NCBI RefSeq assembly: GCF_023055435.1
Contig: NW_025963857.1
Coordinates: forward strand, 16,678,001 to 16,742,000
DNA length: 64,000 bases
Direction: 5' to 3'
Origin: Haliotis rufescens
Taxonomy: Eukaryota
Shown: positions 39,379-52,970 of the stretch, piece after piece
Position numbering within the stretch: the stretch's first letter is position 1
Layout of the letters: each line of letters begins with the position of its first letter
The notes under the pieces: model-generated
What the model saw: the letters and a program-made list of their open reading frames with translations, nothing else
Database searches by the model: none
Told to the model about the DNA's origin: nothing
Made by a program: the position numbers and the translations under genes

Positions 39379-40167
39379 GTAAATAAAAAGCGACAAAACC
39401 CTTTCCATAATAACAAGAAATCTCTGCTAAAAACGAAAGTTCACTGTACCACTTCGACTGTAGCAATAGCATCGTTCTGGATCCACGTGTGAGCTACCGA
39501 GAATATAAATTTAAAAAAATCACTTTCGTGTGCCTTCCCTTTGGGACCGACCATTTGGGGTGAGGGGAATTTGGGATTTTGTATGGAGGTTAGATATTTT
39601 TTTAGTTACAGATATATATTTTTTAATCAAGACCATGAGTCTTATTTTTAAATAAGAAAGAAAAATACTTTTTTGTGACTACCAATGTCATTTTTTTTTC
39701 AAAAGCATTTGCAGGACAATTTCATTTTTGGGGAAAAAATAGTAAGTCTTGTCAAGAACGTGTCATCAACAAAGGATACTGATAGATGCATTCGACACAC
39801 AGCAATCAATAAGTCTACTCAGACAGTATCAGTATGAATCCATATTGAACGTGACTTTCAGATTGCGCTATTTAATGGGCAGTCGTGACCTCACATTAAT
39901 CTTTCTCAATATCAAATAATATACCGAACTTCTTTTGTCATAAAAAACAGTTTTTCGGAAAAACATCGGCCGTCATGATGTATGAACTTTGTGCGGAGGA
40001 ATCTTGCGTTATGCAGGGCTTGCAGTGCTGCACTACTTTATTTATTTCTGGGGAATCTTGTAGGTAACGGAATGAGTCGAGTGGAGCTGAATGTTATGTT
40101 TTTTGCAAACAAATTTCAACTGTCATGAAAATGTTTTTGACATCTTAATAAAACAATCTGTATTCAG

Positions 40168-40313
40168 AGAGCACATCAGAGGAGTACGCTCTTGGCAGTG
40201 CCGTCACTAACGCCACATCATATTCTGACGCTTCCCTGTACGACACTTACGACACTGCCAACAGGTCACGAGGGCGGGACCAGACTCTTCTGCAAAACGC
40301 CACAGCAGCCATC
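40168..40313 (+). CDS. Exon of the large gene ((E)STSEEYALG...LLQNATAAI)
   Basis: Acceptor tgtattcag|, donor ATC|gtgagt; phase 1 to 0; open frame. Confidence 0.75.
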
Positions 40314-42134
40314 GTGAGTTACCTCCCTTTATCCGCCATTTTCCTACACTGCCAATTTCAACATTCTTGTCGCCATTGAAAAACGATTTCACATTGATGC
40401 TTTTGGGTTAAGAATGTTTGAACCGAGTTTTGAAGAGACACAAAGCGTGTGGTGCTTACACAGTAGCGAGGCACTTCTTCAACAGCTTCTAGGCTTCATG
40501 TGGACTAGAAATATTACAAGATATTGTTTTACAGTCCATATTATAAAATGTGTACCACCTTTACTTCAATGAAGAATATATTTGAATGGGATTCTAAAGC
40601 TTATGAAACAACGACAAAAATAACGAAAGGAAACAAAAATAGCTAGTATGTCGGTTATAATAATTATCTCATAATTCATTTTATATTCCAAAGTGAATCT
40701 TGAAACTTTGTACTTTGCCTTCAATGTTTATTTGATTATTTAGATCATTGTAATATATGAAATGATTTTGAATCCAGATTTAGTTTTTACAGTTTGTGAT
40801 TTTGTATTGTTCTTATTCACCATGATTTGTGTACAGGGCTGTGCCCGGTTGATGTGTTCATGCCGTGGGTCTTCCCCTTACATACATGAAACTTCTTATC
40901 TGAAAATTAACTTTCATTTTTATCATTTAATCCTCAATGACATCAATCTGGAGTATAGAGGACTCAGGTAATTTCCGTGAACACTACGTGAAGTTATATT
41001 TCGATAGTCAATCAATAACATGTGAGAATGATTTTTAATCATATAGTATCCCAACCAGAAGGAGTGTGCGTGATCCCATGACTCCCCGAATAAACTCCAT
41101 AACATTCCGTTTCAGATACATGCTTTACGTTCCATATTTTTATGAATATTATTGCAGTAATTACAAAAATGCAACTATATATGTAAGTGGTATATCTTTT
41201 TTTTTACATATTTCTCATTTAAAGGTTCTTTATGTTGTGTATGACAAAATATATATATAAGTTAACACAGTCATGTTGTCGTTAGATATATAGTCTATGA
41301 ATATTACAATGTTGTCTGTAGATATTTTGAATGATTGATCTGAAACGAAATTTATAACATGGTGCACAGTCCCTATTCCTTTAGCACATATATTGGTAAT
41401 TCATCATATTCTGGCTTGTCGATATAATAATCTACTGCATGGTCTTTGTGTTTCGATAGTACAATGAAGACGAATAGCGATGACTATTAGAATTTGAGTA
41501 TTTGCAGAAACGGGGTTAAAACGCCATTAATTTAAATCAACAACATCTTTGGTGACCAATATTATTACTGAATGCATTGATGATTTTAAATCTAAAACGT
41601 CAACGCCAAAGAATAATTAGTTTCAATTATTTGCCGAAACGGATTTCATTGGGCGTTAAAGGTCAAATTATATAAATGGATCACTAAAAATCAGTGATGA
41701 CAACAGGTGCTCGCGAAAGCATGTTTTGCCCTACCCAACACCTGCGTTTCTGCAAATCCTTTAGACTTATGCCAGATGATATTCCTCATCTTTAACATCA
41801 TCGACATTATCAATAGGCACTGGCGAACACACATACACACACACGTCATTTGTACCGTCATGTGTTACAAGATCATGCCATTCTGGGCCAAGGTAACTGT
41901 TCCATACAAGTAGCCATATTCCGTCCTATAGTCTTTTTTGTCGCATATCCAATAACCTCATTAGACACTACAACCTACAACCCAATGCTTCTCATGTTTT
42001 ATTTATGTAGATAGTGATTTTCCTTTGATTTGCCCTTAGTCCAACTAGTTCCATCACCCAGACCATACATTCTATATAATTTAGACCAGAGCAAAGTAAG
42101 TTGTATCTAAGGTGTCCCTTCACTATTCATGCAG

Positions 42135-43946
42135 CCCCCGTCGACAAACTCGCCGCTGATGGCCTCGCCTAGCCGGACAGCCAGCGCCCTTCCCGGGAGG
42201 CGTTTTCTATCACGACCTATCACTCGTTCCTTCTCCCCCGACATTGATGACACGCCGGTGTCATCCAGTAAGACAAGTTACTCACTCCCCACCTCACACC
42301 TTCAAGCCAGCGCACCTCCTCGACCAAATGTAACTCCCACCGTCAGTAAATACGCCAGGAACAGTAGTTTAGGCAACACCGCCAGTAGGATAGCCTCTCT
42401 CAAAAGCACTTATGATAGCAGTTCTTCCGGTGTGTTGCCAGACAGTTCATCCACTCGGCTTCTAGGAGGGTACATTCCTCGCACTTTGTACCGTTCTGGA
42501 TCTCCCTTAGGTAGTGGGACGACGACTCCCCTTTATCAATCGCCATATCTAGGCTCGAAGAGGCCTACCTACAAATTAGCATTTGATAGTGGATCTACCA
42601 CTCCCACATACAGACCATCAGCATATACAGAGACCACAAAGCTGCTCGGAGGGTATGTGTCACCCAGATTTGCCTACAGGACAGTCAGTGTGTCGCCATA
42701 TGCTAGTGGCACACAGTCTCCCGTGTACCCGTCCTACAGTTCCCGACCTGGAACACGGCTACTAAGTGGGTACATCCCTTCCAGACGCCTGACATTGTCG
42801 CCATCAGTGTCACCGTATGCTAGCGGCACGCAGACCCCCGTCACATACACAGCTGGGACCCCTCTGACTACATATGACAATTATTATGTGAATGAACCTG
42901 ATTACCCAGAACTGACCACCACGAGACGTCGGCCAAAGGTCTTGGGGACCAAGATACGAGTTGGTAACTATATGGACAGACTTAGAAGAAAGCGGGCAGG
43001 GCAAAGGGGATCATCAAAGTACTGGCCTTACTATGACGTAGACGACATCACGTCAGAGGCAGGGGATGTCCTCAGTGAGACGGAATCTATACCAGATTAC
43101 TATGGTACAGCCAATGCTACCCACTGGGACGATGAAGAAGCTGCTGGGGGAAGGTACATAAGTTACCTGGATAATGGGGATGACAGTTACATGGACGAGC
43201 CTGATGAGTATGTACCCTTCAAACCGAGAAGAAGGCTTGAATCTCCCGGAGTTCTAGAACTAGCCCCCTATGAGAACACCCCTCCTGCACCAGAGCTCCC
43301 ACTTGTATCCACACTCCCATATCTTCCCAAAATCAGCTCAGATATTGGTTCAAAGGGAAGTGATTTGTATTTGAATTCCATTGTGTCATCATCCGCTGCT
43401 CGTGCAAGGACCGCTTTCAAAAACAATGGCTTTGGCAACTATGATAATGCTAGCTTAGTGCTAAGCGTGGAAGGAGATGTGGTGTCCCCCAATACCGGCG
43501 GCCGATATGGATTTAAATACTACCACCCACCAGTCCCACTTGTAGGCAGAGGATTGGGAACAAGCGTACTTGGCCTTCCCTCGCCAAGTTCCTCGATAGT
43601 GGACAGTTTCTTTGGGACCTATGTGAACAAGCTGCGAGATATTCGTGCCGATTTCCGCAGCAGACTTGATAGTAGGGTTTCACCTAGAACGGTACCATCT
43701 GCATACAGAGAGATTGGAACTTACACTCCTAGCAAGCCGACAGATAACTTCCTCCCGTACACATCCTTCAGAAAACGCCTTCAGGGGGGCACAACACAAC
43801 GTGTTGACGTCATTGAGCTTCCTGTCAGCGAGCGTGTGTTGCCCTCGGAGACGCTGTCTCTCACTTTACCTGAAACGGCATCTGCGAATGACAAGGACAA
43901 ACGTGACAGTTATAAGCTTACTGTTCTTGATAAGATCAAAATCAAG
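42135..43946 (+). CDS. Giant 1812-nt exon: Ser/Pro/Tyr/Arg-rich, likely disordered region of an uncharacterised protein
   Basis: Lies within the 627-aa ORF; acceptor cactattcatgcag|, donor AAG|gtaatg; phase 0-0. Confidence 0.9.
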
Positions 43947-44500
43947 GTAATGTGTTCTGCCCGTAGTCTAGCCAAGCCTATGGACATGCTCTGTCTCCCC
44001 TTCTGCTCCTAGTGAATGGCTGGCTGATGCTTCACCCAATGTAGTGGCTATTCCGGTTCTTTCTCTTACTTGCTAGTTCCTGTGTATGACTCTGGCTGCT
44101 AAGTGGATGCTAACGGTTTTAACCTACTCTCCTAGATAGAGGAGAGCTGCGCGCATTACATCTCCCCTCAGACAGGTGTGTTGCTAACTAGGAATAAACC
44201 AACTAACTAGGCTTACATTCTTTCCTCCCTACTCACAAGCACTGACATCAGTAGAAAGGCTGGTCTGGCACTAAATGACGGTGGGTTGCCTGAATGCTAA
44301 CTAGATACCGGTTAAGAACATGAAGGAACACCAATCAATCTTGATGAACACGGTTTCATCAAAAAACAAATTCTAAAAAACAACCAGGTCCAAACTCCCA
44401 AGCTTCACTAGGTTTGTAGATTATGTAGACCATCTTTAATTTGCAGCTCTTGTGTTTTTTCCACTCCTTCCATGATCTTTGTGCCCTCCCTTCCTCGCAG

Positions 44501-44950
44501 GTATCCAGTGAGGCATACGCTACACCCAAGTCTTCTGTCGCAGCGAGAAGGGTTGCACGAAAAACCAACCAACAAACTGCCAAACCACAAGCCAAACCTA
44601 TCCTATACCGGAATGAGGTAGCTAGCTATCCTTACGCATCAGTTCCCGCCTACTATACGCCTAGACCTAGAGTCGTTCTAATTCAAGTCGCAGGTCCGGG
44701 GAGTGGGTATTACGTGCTACCCGTTGGTCCTCGGGTGCGCGCCCCAGAGTACGTTGCTGACAGAGAGCCACGCTCTTCGAATGTTGTTAAAGAGTATGGG
44801 CGACAACCTGTCGTGGTTCGGGAGCGAACAGTGGCTTCCTCTGTTTTCACATATTATGCCACACCAAAACGCGCGAAAGTTCCTCCTCGCTATCGACTCC
44901 GCTCACTGTGGCCTGCATATGCCACTTATAGAAAACCAAGAAGAGCAAAG
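44501..44950 (+). CDS. 450-nt cassette exon (basic, Tyr/Pro/Arg/Val-rich)
   Basis: Acceptor ccctcccttcctcgcag|, donor AAG|gtgacg; phase 0-0; lies within the 180-aa ORF. Confidence 0.75.
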
Positions 44951-45849
44951 GTGACGTGTAGTTACTGTTTGGCTGTTCCTTAGTTCAGTTCGTTCGCTGT
45001 TGGGTTATATTTGGCAAGCATATTTGAGTTCATGCTATCATTGGTTCCCGTAGTATCCTCGGAACGTCAAAACCCTATTCAAAATTTGTGCACAAGAGAA
45101 CCCTTGCTCTTTTTACACGGCTTCCCGTAGGATCATAACTGCTTCCGCTTTTGTCACAATAATGGTTCAGCTTCCGCCCAATAACAAATATTCGCATATG
45201 TTGGCATTACTTACATCATGTTGAAGCTTGCATTCTTCAAGGGTTAAACTATTGAACAGCCAGTGGCATATGCTGCTCTTTCTCTACTAATGCCACGTGG
45301 CATGCGACAATTGGCTAAACTGTTACTGTCCTTCATGTTCTTAATATTACAGCCAGACTTGGATTCGTTCATGCTAATGCTTGATCCTTTTTACAGTTCA
45401 TTGTTTTCAGCGTAGTAATCAATTCACCCAGCATGCCATTTTCAAGATGGCCGCCACCTTTGGTACTTACAGCATTGTTGGCATGTGGAGCGGACATGAG
45501 GAGACCGCATGGACTATAAGTTACAAGTCAGGTGACCCTTCAAGGGTGGCTATCTGACTTCTCTGACAGACCGGTCGTTGATCCTAAAACTCACATTTAA
45601 TTTTAGATCTGGCGTTTTACAGTTCCACTAAACATCCAACATCTAAACGTGTCAACGAGAGAAGTCTGCATGTTTCCCATTAAGGCACCTACTTGTAGCA
45701 TGTCAGTTCGTGTGACAGCGTTAGTCGTTGTGTATTTAACACCATTAGCTTGGGTATGCCTCACCCGCCTGTGTCACTAACATACATCAGCCAGCCTCTT
45801 TGTCAGAATGCTTCTGTATGAACGTACTGTTTCTTGCACTTGTTTTCAG

Positions 45850-45861
45850 TGTCTTGATAAG
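45850..45861 (+). CDS. Candidate 12-nt microexon (CLDK)
   Basis: tttcttgcacttgttttcag|tgtcttgataag|gtaata; branch-like cactaac at 45775-45781; phase 0-0. Confidence 0.5.
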
Positions 45862-46452
45862 GTAATACGTCTGTATAACAACTTTGGTATATTTAAAGTG
45901 TACATCAGCAGTAATGAAGAACTGAAGTATTTGATTATAATGATTCAATCTTAAAACGTATTTATAGCATTAATATTTTAATTTTGTTCCGTTATTTTGT
46001 TGATTAATACATCATTTTTGTAAGATTTTAAAAGAAAAATGTACCATTTAACCAATTTTGTACACCTTTATTTTTGTTCACCGGGTGAGGCATTTCCTTG
46101 TAGACACTGGGTCACAGTAATACGAAGAAAACTTGCCATCAGCAGTCTCGATGTCTCACTACATCCATAACTGTACATATCACTAGCTTTGGTTGTGATA
46201 AACATAGTGTCATATCCGAAATCATTGATGGTGCCCCAAACACAAATTTATGAATATTAAAGTGATTCTTCTGGGAGTTCAAAATAACATAAGATTTATA
46301 TATTAATCGCCCAATCTGCAGTTACTCCTTTGTCAACTCATTCAACGGATATAAGGTACACGTTAAGAACTTGGTGAAACTAACCTGCTTTAACCATTAC
46401 ATTAAGGATGTTTTGATCTCGTTTGGATATTGAAACTTTCATGGCCTTAAAG

Positions 46453-46620
46453 TGAGTGAGTGAGGGAGTATGGTTTTACGCCGCTTTTAGCAATATTCCA
46501 GCAACATCACGGCGGGGGACACCAGAAATGGGCTTCACACATTGTACCCATGTCGGGAATCGAACCCGGGTCTTCAGCGTGACGAGCGAACGCTTTAACC
46601 ACTAGGCTACCCGACCGCCC
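46453..46620 (-). mobile_element. Young intronic SINE family A
   Basis: 8-bp TSD ccttaaag at 46445-46452 and 46621-46628. Confidence 0.93.
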
Positions 46621-46942
46621 CCTTAAAGCACATTCTACATGTACATAGTGACAATCATTCCACGTATGCCACTCAACGTTTGTTGGGGATAGTCTACTAC
46701 CCTAAGTTCCACCAATCTGATAATGCATATGTTCCATGTATGCTACTCAACGTTTGATAGGGATAGTCTACTATTCTTAGACACCAAACTGATTAGGTAA
46801 ACGGTATGACATATATCCGTATCACAAGTTGAGTAGTATATATGTCCTCATTCCTACGACTGCGCCTTGGTGTCAAGTTTTCAACACTGCTGTGGCCCAC
46901 CTTATCCTGCCTTGAAATTTCATTCATTTGCTTTTCATACAG

Positions 46943-47044
46943 GCGGCAATTGTTGCAAGCAAAGTTGAAGTTGAGCCCAGGAGGAAAAGGCCACGTTCTA
47001 AGTTCGCCGCAGACAAATTGCGAACCACTCGTGCAAGAGGCGAG
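46943..47044 (+). CDS. Exon (AAIVASKVEVEPRRKRPRSKFAADKLRTTRARGE)
   Basis: Acceptor cttttcatacag|, donor GAG|gtaaaa; phase 0-0. Confidence 0.8.
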
Positions 47045-48826
47045 GTAAAAACCCGTCCATTTGTAAGTGTGACCTTGGACGCCGGCGACCTTGGAGCCGA
47101 AAGGTCACGTGATGCATGGTCTTTGACACGATTGGTTGAAGGAACTGCCAGTAGATAATAGACGTTTCTGTTCTTATTTAATATGAATATTGAAAGTAGT
47201 AAATAAGAATAGAAATGGCGTGTATTTTGGTTATCGTTACGTGAATTGTTTTAGTCAGCGATGTAAAGAGCAAGTAAAATATACCCAGTTTATTATATAA
47301 GAGAACATATGGTTGTTCTGTGAAAACCCTCCAGTCGAAACGTGCATGTACCTAAAGATTTCTGCTTTGACAATTGGCTTATTCACTCCTTGATGTGACA
47401 CTGCACAGCACAATCAAAACCAAAGATTAGTTCATGAAAAAAATGTAGTTCCTTGCGAAGTATAAAGCCTTAACTTTTGACTGGCTAACACAAACCATGC
47501 CCTCTGATCTTCCAACACAGGTTTCACATATAGTCAAGGACGTAATTGACTTCAATCAATGAATAACAAAAATAATTATTCCCATTTTGAGGAAAATTTT
47601 ACAAATGGAGATCAGTTCATGTAGGAATAATGATGTATGTTCCATATAATATATTATATATCCATATAGTTTTGTTAGAAGGCTTTCTGTAATTATTTGG
47701 TTTATGGATACGCCGACCCACATTTCACACATGGGGTATGAAACTACCGCCTGTTTTCTTCCCACACAGCATGTTGCCTCGTTTACGTAATGAAAACAGT
47801 GTCAAAGTTGGCCAATTGGGGGGAGAGGTAACCCTTTCACTCGACCTTTCCTTGTTTTCATCTTTATGGAGATCACTTATTAAGAATATCTTCTTGAAAA
47901 TATTTGGGGTGAAATGTCTGTAAACCAAGAATTAGAGCAAGGCTTTGCACTCGTCTAGAAGTAGTAATTTGGCACGTGTGTTGCAACGTGAACCTTAATG
48001 TTCAAATATCTTGATTTCAACAGTTACCTCAATTAGAACTGAGGGAAAGTCCAAACAAACTGGATCAAAGTTTAGATCTCCCTCAATTGAGACGGTCGTT
48101 GTTTCTGCAGGTATGTTGAAACAAATGTAAAGCATGTCCCATATATTACTTCCATAGTTACCGTTCAGTTCGTGACACAATCACCTCGTGAATAGCATCC
48201 CCAGTCCACTGCATCTCCCACCACGTCCCAATTAATTACCTTCAAAATAGATTACCGAGAACCCAGTGTGTCAATAACAAGCTGTGTACGAAACATTCTA
48301 ATCAATGAAGGCCACATTCAATAACACCTCTGCAGTGGTCTCTTCTCTCTGTCTCACGAATCATGTCTTTAAGAACAAGCACTCAACAAGCACTGAACAA
48401 GCCAAAGATTAGATGACATTTAAAATGGTTTTGAGATCATTATGGTCACTGTTGGGTTTTCAGGAGTAAACCTTTAAAATAAAAGCGACAAAACCCTTTC
48501 CATAACCAAAAGAATATATGCTAAAAGCAGAGCTCATTTACGATTCCGACGATATGAAACTATGACTGTAAGAAACGGGATATAAGAATGAATAAATTCG
48601 GAAAATATAACAAACAAGTTATGTTTTTATGTTCTATTTGTTTATGTGCTTATTAGTGGTCATGACATTCATTTCTTTCACATCTTCTTCCTCGTTATCC
48701 AATCAACATATGCAATCCTACAGGCAGTTCCTTCTCAATCATTATGTCTGAATTTGCACTGTCATGTGACAAGATACCTTCACCTCGCCGAGTCAGCACA
48801 TACGCACCGACTGTATTATGTTTCAG

Positions 48827-48880
48827 GAAAGTGTGTACCCCCAGGTGACCTCTGGACTCTCCGCCTCTAGACCACCACTG
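48827..48880 (+). CDS. 54-nt exon (ESVYPQVTSGLSASRPPL)
   Basis: Acceptor tgtttcag|, donor CTG|gtatgt; phase 0-0. Confidence 0.65.
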
Positions 48881-50359
48881 GTATGTCCCTTTCAATGTGT
48901 GTTTATCCATTCATGACGCATATGTCAATATCATGTTACCATTTAAAAAGATTTCTTTGAAAAGTAATTGCAAATTTGAAGGGTTTTTTTTAAAGAGCAC
49001 GAGTGAGTAAATATTAGTTTAAGCCGTATCAGAACTATTGCACTACTCGCGGCAATTTTTAAAGAAAGAAGTGTTCAATGAATTTTAACTTTGGTGATGA
49101 TGATGTTAGAAAATTTACGAGTGCTTCGGGTGGAACCGATTTTGCACTTGCATTTATAACGATCTGTACTCATATTTATATGGAATCATATTAATGAAGA
49201 TCTGAAATCATATGCCTGTACTTTCTCATGGAAATCTTATGTAACTCTGTATCTAAATCAAGAGTAACATATTGTATTATTTTCACTTTGAATAGTATTA
49301 CCCTTGATGTGTTATTTTTCACATCCTTGTGACTATCGCGGTGTTAAAGCATACTTATAACACTTGTCTTACAGATATATACATGATATAATACATACAT
49401 CCTGAAATGTTAGCTTTAATTTCTATAACAAAAATTCTATAACAAGCAAAATACACATTTTACTCAATTAAATACACACAATGGAACAACATTTTAGTGC
49501 CTTATCATGACATAAACCCTCTAGTCATCACTTGTTTTTCTGTGCCTATACGTACAGACGTTTGTGTCTAATGCCAAGCTGCGACTCAATAGTATTAGCT
49601 GGTGTTGTATACTTGAAATGGCGTGACTTTTCAGAGATACGATGACCTATCAGGGGCGGTGAGGAAATAGCGTATGATCTGGGCTTGATGTGGACACTAG
49701 TATGACTATAGTGGCATATTTGACATCTATGAGGGACCGAGCATTTCATATTCTGGGCTGGGATTTTTGTGTGAGACAGAATGTTCTTAAAATTCAACTC
49801 TTCAAAACATACAATGTTTCGTCTAATTGAAAGAACCAAACACTTGTTTGGACAAAAAATAATATTTTCGACAATTTTCGAGATATATTCCTAGAATGTC
49901 AAATGTTCCCCCCTTACATGACCTCAGTGGAAACTTTGTGCTAGTGGGTTCGGATTTTACCTTATCCCTGCAGTTTTATTGGTACAATCTTGAACTCAGT
50001 CGAGCATCCACTATCATGTACACGTGTCAAATCTTGCCTCTCCTCCCCATGTAACCAACAATAGCCGTTTGTTCCTCGTGTCCTGCTAGACAGCCTGAGA
50101 TAGGTCTCCAAAGACACTTTGAACCTTAACTCCAAATTGTATACGTAACCAAACATTTATCTGATTCGCACGACCACGAGTTACAGCATAGTATTGTGAT
50201 GAGCCCGAGTTACAAATAACAAAGATTTACGCGTGGTTTCCCTGTTCAATCACAAGTGCCATGGGATTGTGATCTACCCTGCATTCGTGGAAGTTTCAAG
50301 GCTAATATGGGTGAACGTTGCCCTGAGTTTGGATCTTGATCAGGCTATGTCTTTTTCAG

Positions 50360-50377
50360 CGCACCCCGAGGGCAATG
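50360..50377 (+). CDS. Candidate 18-nt microexon (RTPRAM)
   Basis: Acceptor gtctttttcag|, donor ATG|gtaggt; phase 0-0. Confidence 0.55.
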
Positions 50378-51681
50378 GTAGGTATTGGCGTTCAGAACTA
50401 TAATTACCTTTAAGCACAAAATCAGCATCTTGGTTCTACGTTTGCACTCAAAATGCACGGTCTTCGCGTATCCTGCGAGGGCTATCAGCAAGGGGACAGT
50501 ACAACGCCAAGTGGAGAATCTTTAAGACTGTGGAATTTAATATTTGACTTCCCAAAGAACCGATATCGGCACCAGGATCTGTGGGCTTAATTATCTGTGG
50601 TTGTGCCTAGACTCAACATGAATATATCTGAGGGAATAAAGGATCTACTTCAAAGATATTTTATGCCAAAGAGCATTGTTATAAGGCTGATTTACTGGTC
50701 ATCCAACTTTAATTTAATTCCATATATTAATTTTCCACAGCAATATTTTGAGAATTTTAATGACAATTATCGTGTATGGTAATATTTATATTTTTCAATG
50801 ATAATCATGCCACACCCAATGAACAAGGAAGAGAACAGAAATATATCAGATCCGCTGAGGCAATAATGGTAACAAGATGTCGACCTTACCACGTGACATG
50901 GATGACGACAATCGTGCATTTTGAGTGTGCGCCTGGCGTTGGTATTTCTGAGCAGCACTGTCCACCCGGACATTGTCCTTTCCTGTTCTACTCATCTTGT
51001 TTATTTACTCATGTATGTCGCTTAGCAACGCTCTTTCTACAGCGCTTCTTTGTTGTTGAAAATTGCATTAAGGTGAGGTAACAAAATAAACATATATAAG
51101 GACTATTTGAAACAAATACTTCTGTATTGACATCCTTAAAAAAAACGTGTACCGTACGAACTGTGTAATATTCTCTTTCAGCACGTGCTCTACGTGTCTG
51201 GCGTCATCTTTTCTATTATCACTCGTGTGATACATAACATTATTTTACTTTTTCCTATCTGGAACTCTTGTTTGCAAATAACTAATACAAACAACACATT
51301 ACATACATTATGTTCCCCATATTTGTTATGATGCATTTTAGAAATACTGATTTGGGTCCCCAGGCAAATTATGTTATATTTGGGAGATTGGTTAGTTCGG
51401 GTTATTTCAATATCAAAGAAAACAAATTACGTTGTTCCAATCGCTTTGCACTCCATCTCTTAAAACTCATTCATATAAGATAACTTTGTGAAGATCTCTC
51501 TGAATGTATCAAAATTGGGTGAAACCCTTCCCCCAAAATAAAACAAAACCTTCACACGTTGGCAAACCATAAAAAGTGAACACGTCACACGAATACACCA
51601 CTAACACGCACGTGCTAAGCGAGATACATACCCGGATATCGAGTTACCCGTATGTACTTACCGTCTTCCTCCTCCCACCAG

Positions 51682-51756
51682 CCCCTCCCATCAGACAGGC
51701 GGGCTATTCGAGATGTGGAGGGATTCACCAAACCTAGGAACCTTCTGTCGTGGCAG
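51682..51756 (+). CDS. Exon (PLPSDRRAIRDVEGFTKPRNLLSWQ)
   Basis: Acceptor tcttcctcctcccaccag|, donor CAG|gtgcgt; phase 0-0. Confidence 0.8.
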
Positions 51757-52712
51757 GTGCGTCTTAAGGTGTTGATGATGCCAATTCTTTGGTTCGGAGT
51801 GTGCATGGGATCATCTCCACGCAACCCTGGGAGGATGGGGCTAGCATAAGGACAGAGAGGGTTGACATTGGCATTTATTACGTTGATAAGTGATTTGGGG
51901 GCAATAATGTTACTAAGTTCTGGACGTATTTCGTTATCAGTTAAAATCACATTTTCCTGAAAATTCGAAGTCCAGATTTGTTCATAATGAAATAATATTT
52001 GTTGTCACTTCAAAAAAATTGATACGATTGACTAATTTCATGATTTTGACATGCTACTTCATGTTCCGAGCTCAACCCAAACTGAAAATATGCGAAACGT
52101 ACGACCAACTTAACACGGCTCCATTCTATCAGGTTTGTGTGGATAGTTTGAAAATATCAAATCACGCCTCAATGACATCCTAATCATTATAAATAAAATC
52201 TGTTCCAAATATTGTTATCACGGCACTTTGGTCCTTTCAGGACAAAAATGCACACTTCTACTCGAGCGCTGTCTGGTACAGCGTAAAGCATTGATTTACA
52301 CAGGCGTATGATTTATATCACCAAGTCATATCTTCTATCTGCATCAAAGCCTTCCAACTTATTATTTGCTCATACAGTGTAGGTTGTTTCTTTGTACAAC
52401 AACAACAAAACACATAACAAGTAACATAGCTTCAGCGCTCATCTAATACTTCTATCTGCGCTCAGCATATAACAATAGCAGCTTGTTTTGCTTAAGCTTT
52501 ACTCATCAATTATTACTGTTATCTTTCTGTTTCAGCAAATCACACTTTAATTTCACAATGCTTGGCTACATGTTCATTATATTATGGCCTTGAAAATTAT
52601 TGTTATGTTTTACATTAATATGTTTTTTCATTGAACTTTCTGAATTTGCATGAATATTGTCTATCTTCTGTTGCATGTATGACAGAACACACTGAAGTAT
52701 AAAGAGCAATTA

Positions 52713-52970
52713 CAGTCGAGCATCGGTATCTGGAACCCCGTTATCTGGATTGCACCGATATGTCAAATCTAAACTCCGGTCACGGCCGTCGCACTATAAA
52801 TTCGAGATAAAAATACATTGCTCTATCCCAAAACTTGGACTTTACTATACATTTTTTACTTTACTATAGAATTTCAGAAACAATTTTATCTGTAAATTTT
52901 CTAATTCAATTTGAATGCGTATTCAAAGGTCTAAGTACAGCACGGAAGAAGGTCTTATCGAGTTCAACGG
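52713..52970. mobile_element. Degenerate pogo/Tigger-like MITE
   Basis: ta|cagtcgagcatcggtatctggaac start; similar decayed elements lie near 14875-15130, 55800-55955 and 63580-63730. Confidence 0.5.

Noticed and set aside
42129-44012. 627-aa ORF as a complete single-exon gene
   Set aside because: Its ATG overlaps a splice acceptor, a donor at 43947 precedes the stop, and flanking exons join in frame.
51620-51681. Longer version of the 51682 exon using taag| at 51619 with a 22-nt upstream exon
   Set aside because: Frame-compatible, but it lacks a pyrimidine tract and the 51682 acceptor is much stronger. It remains possible as a minor isoform.
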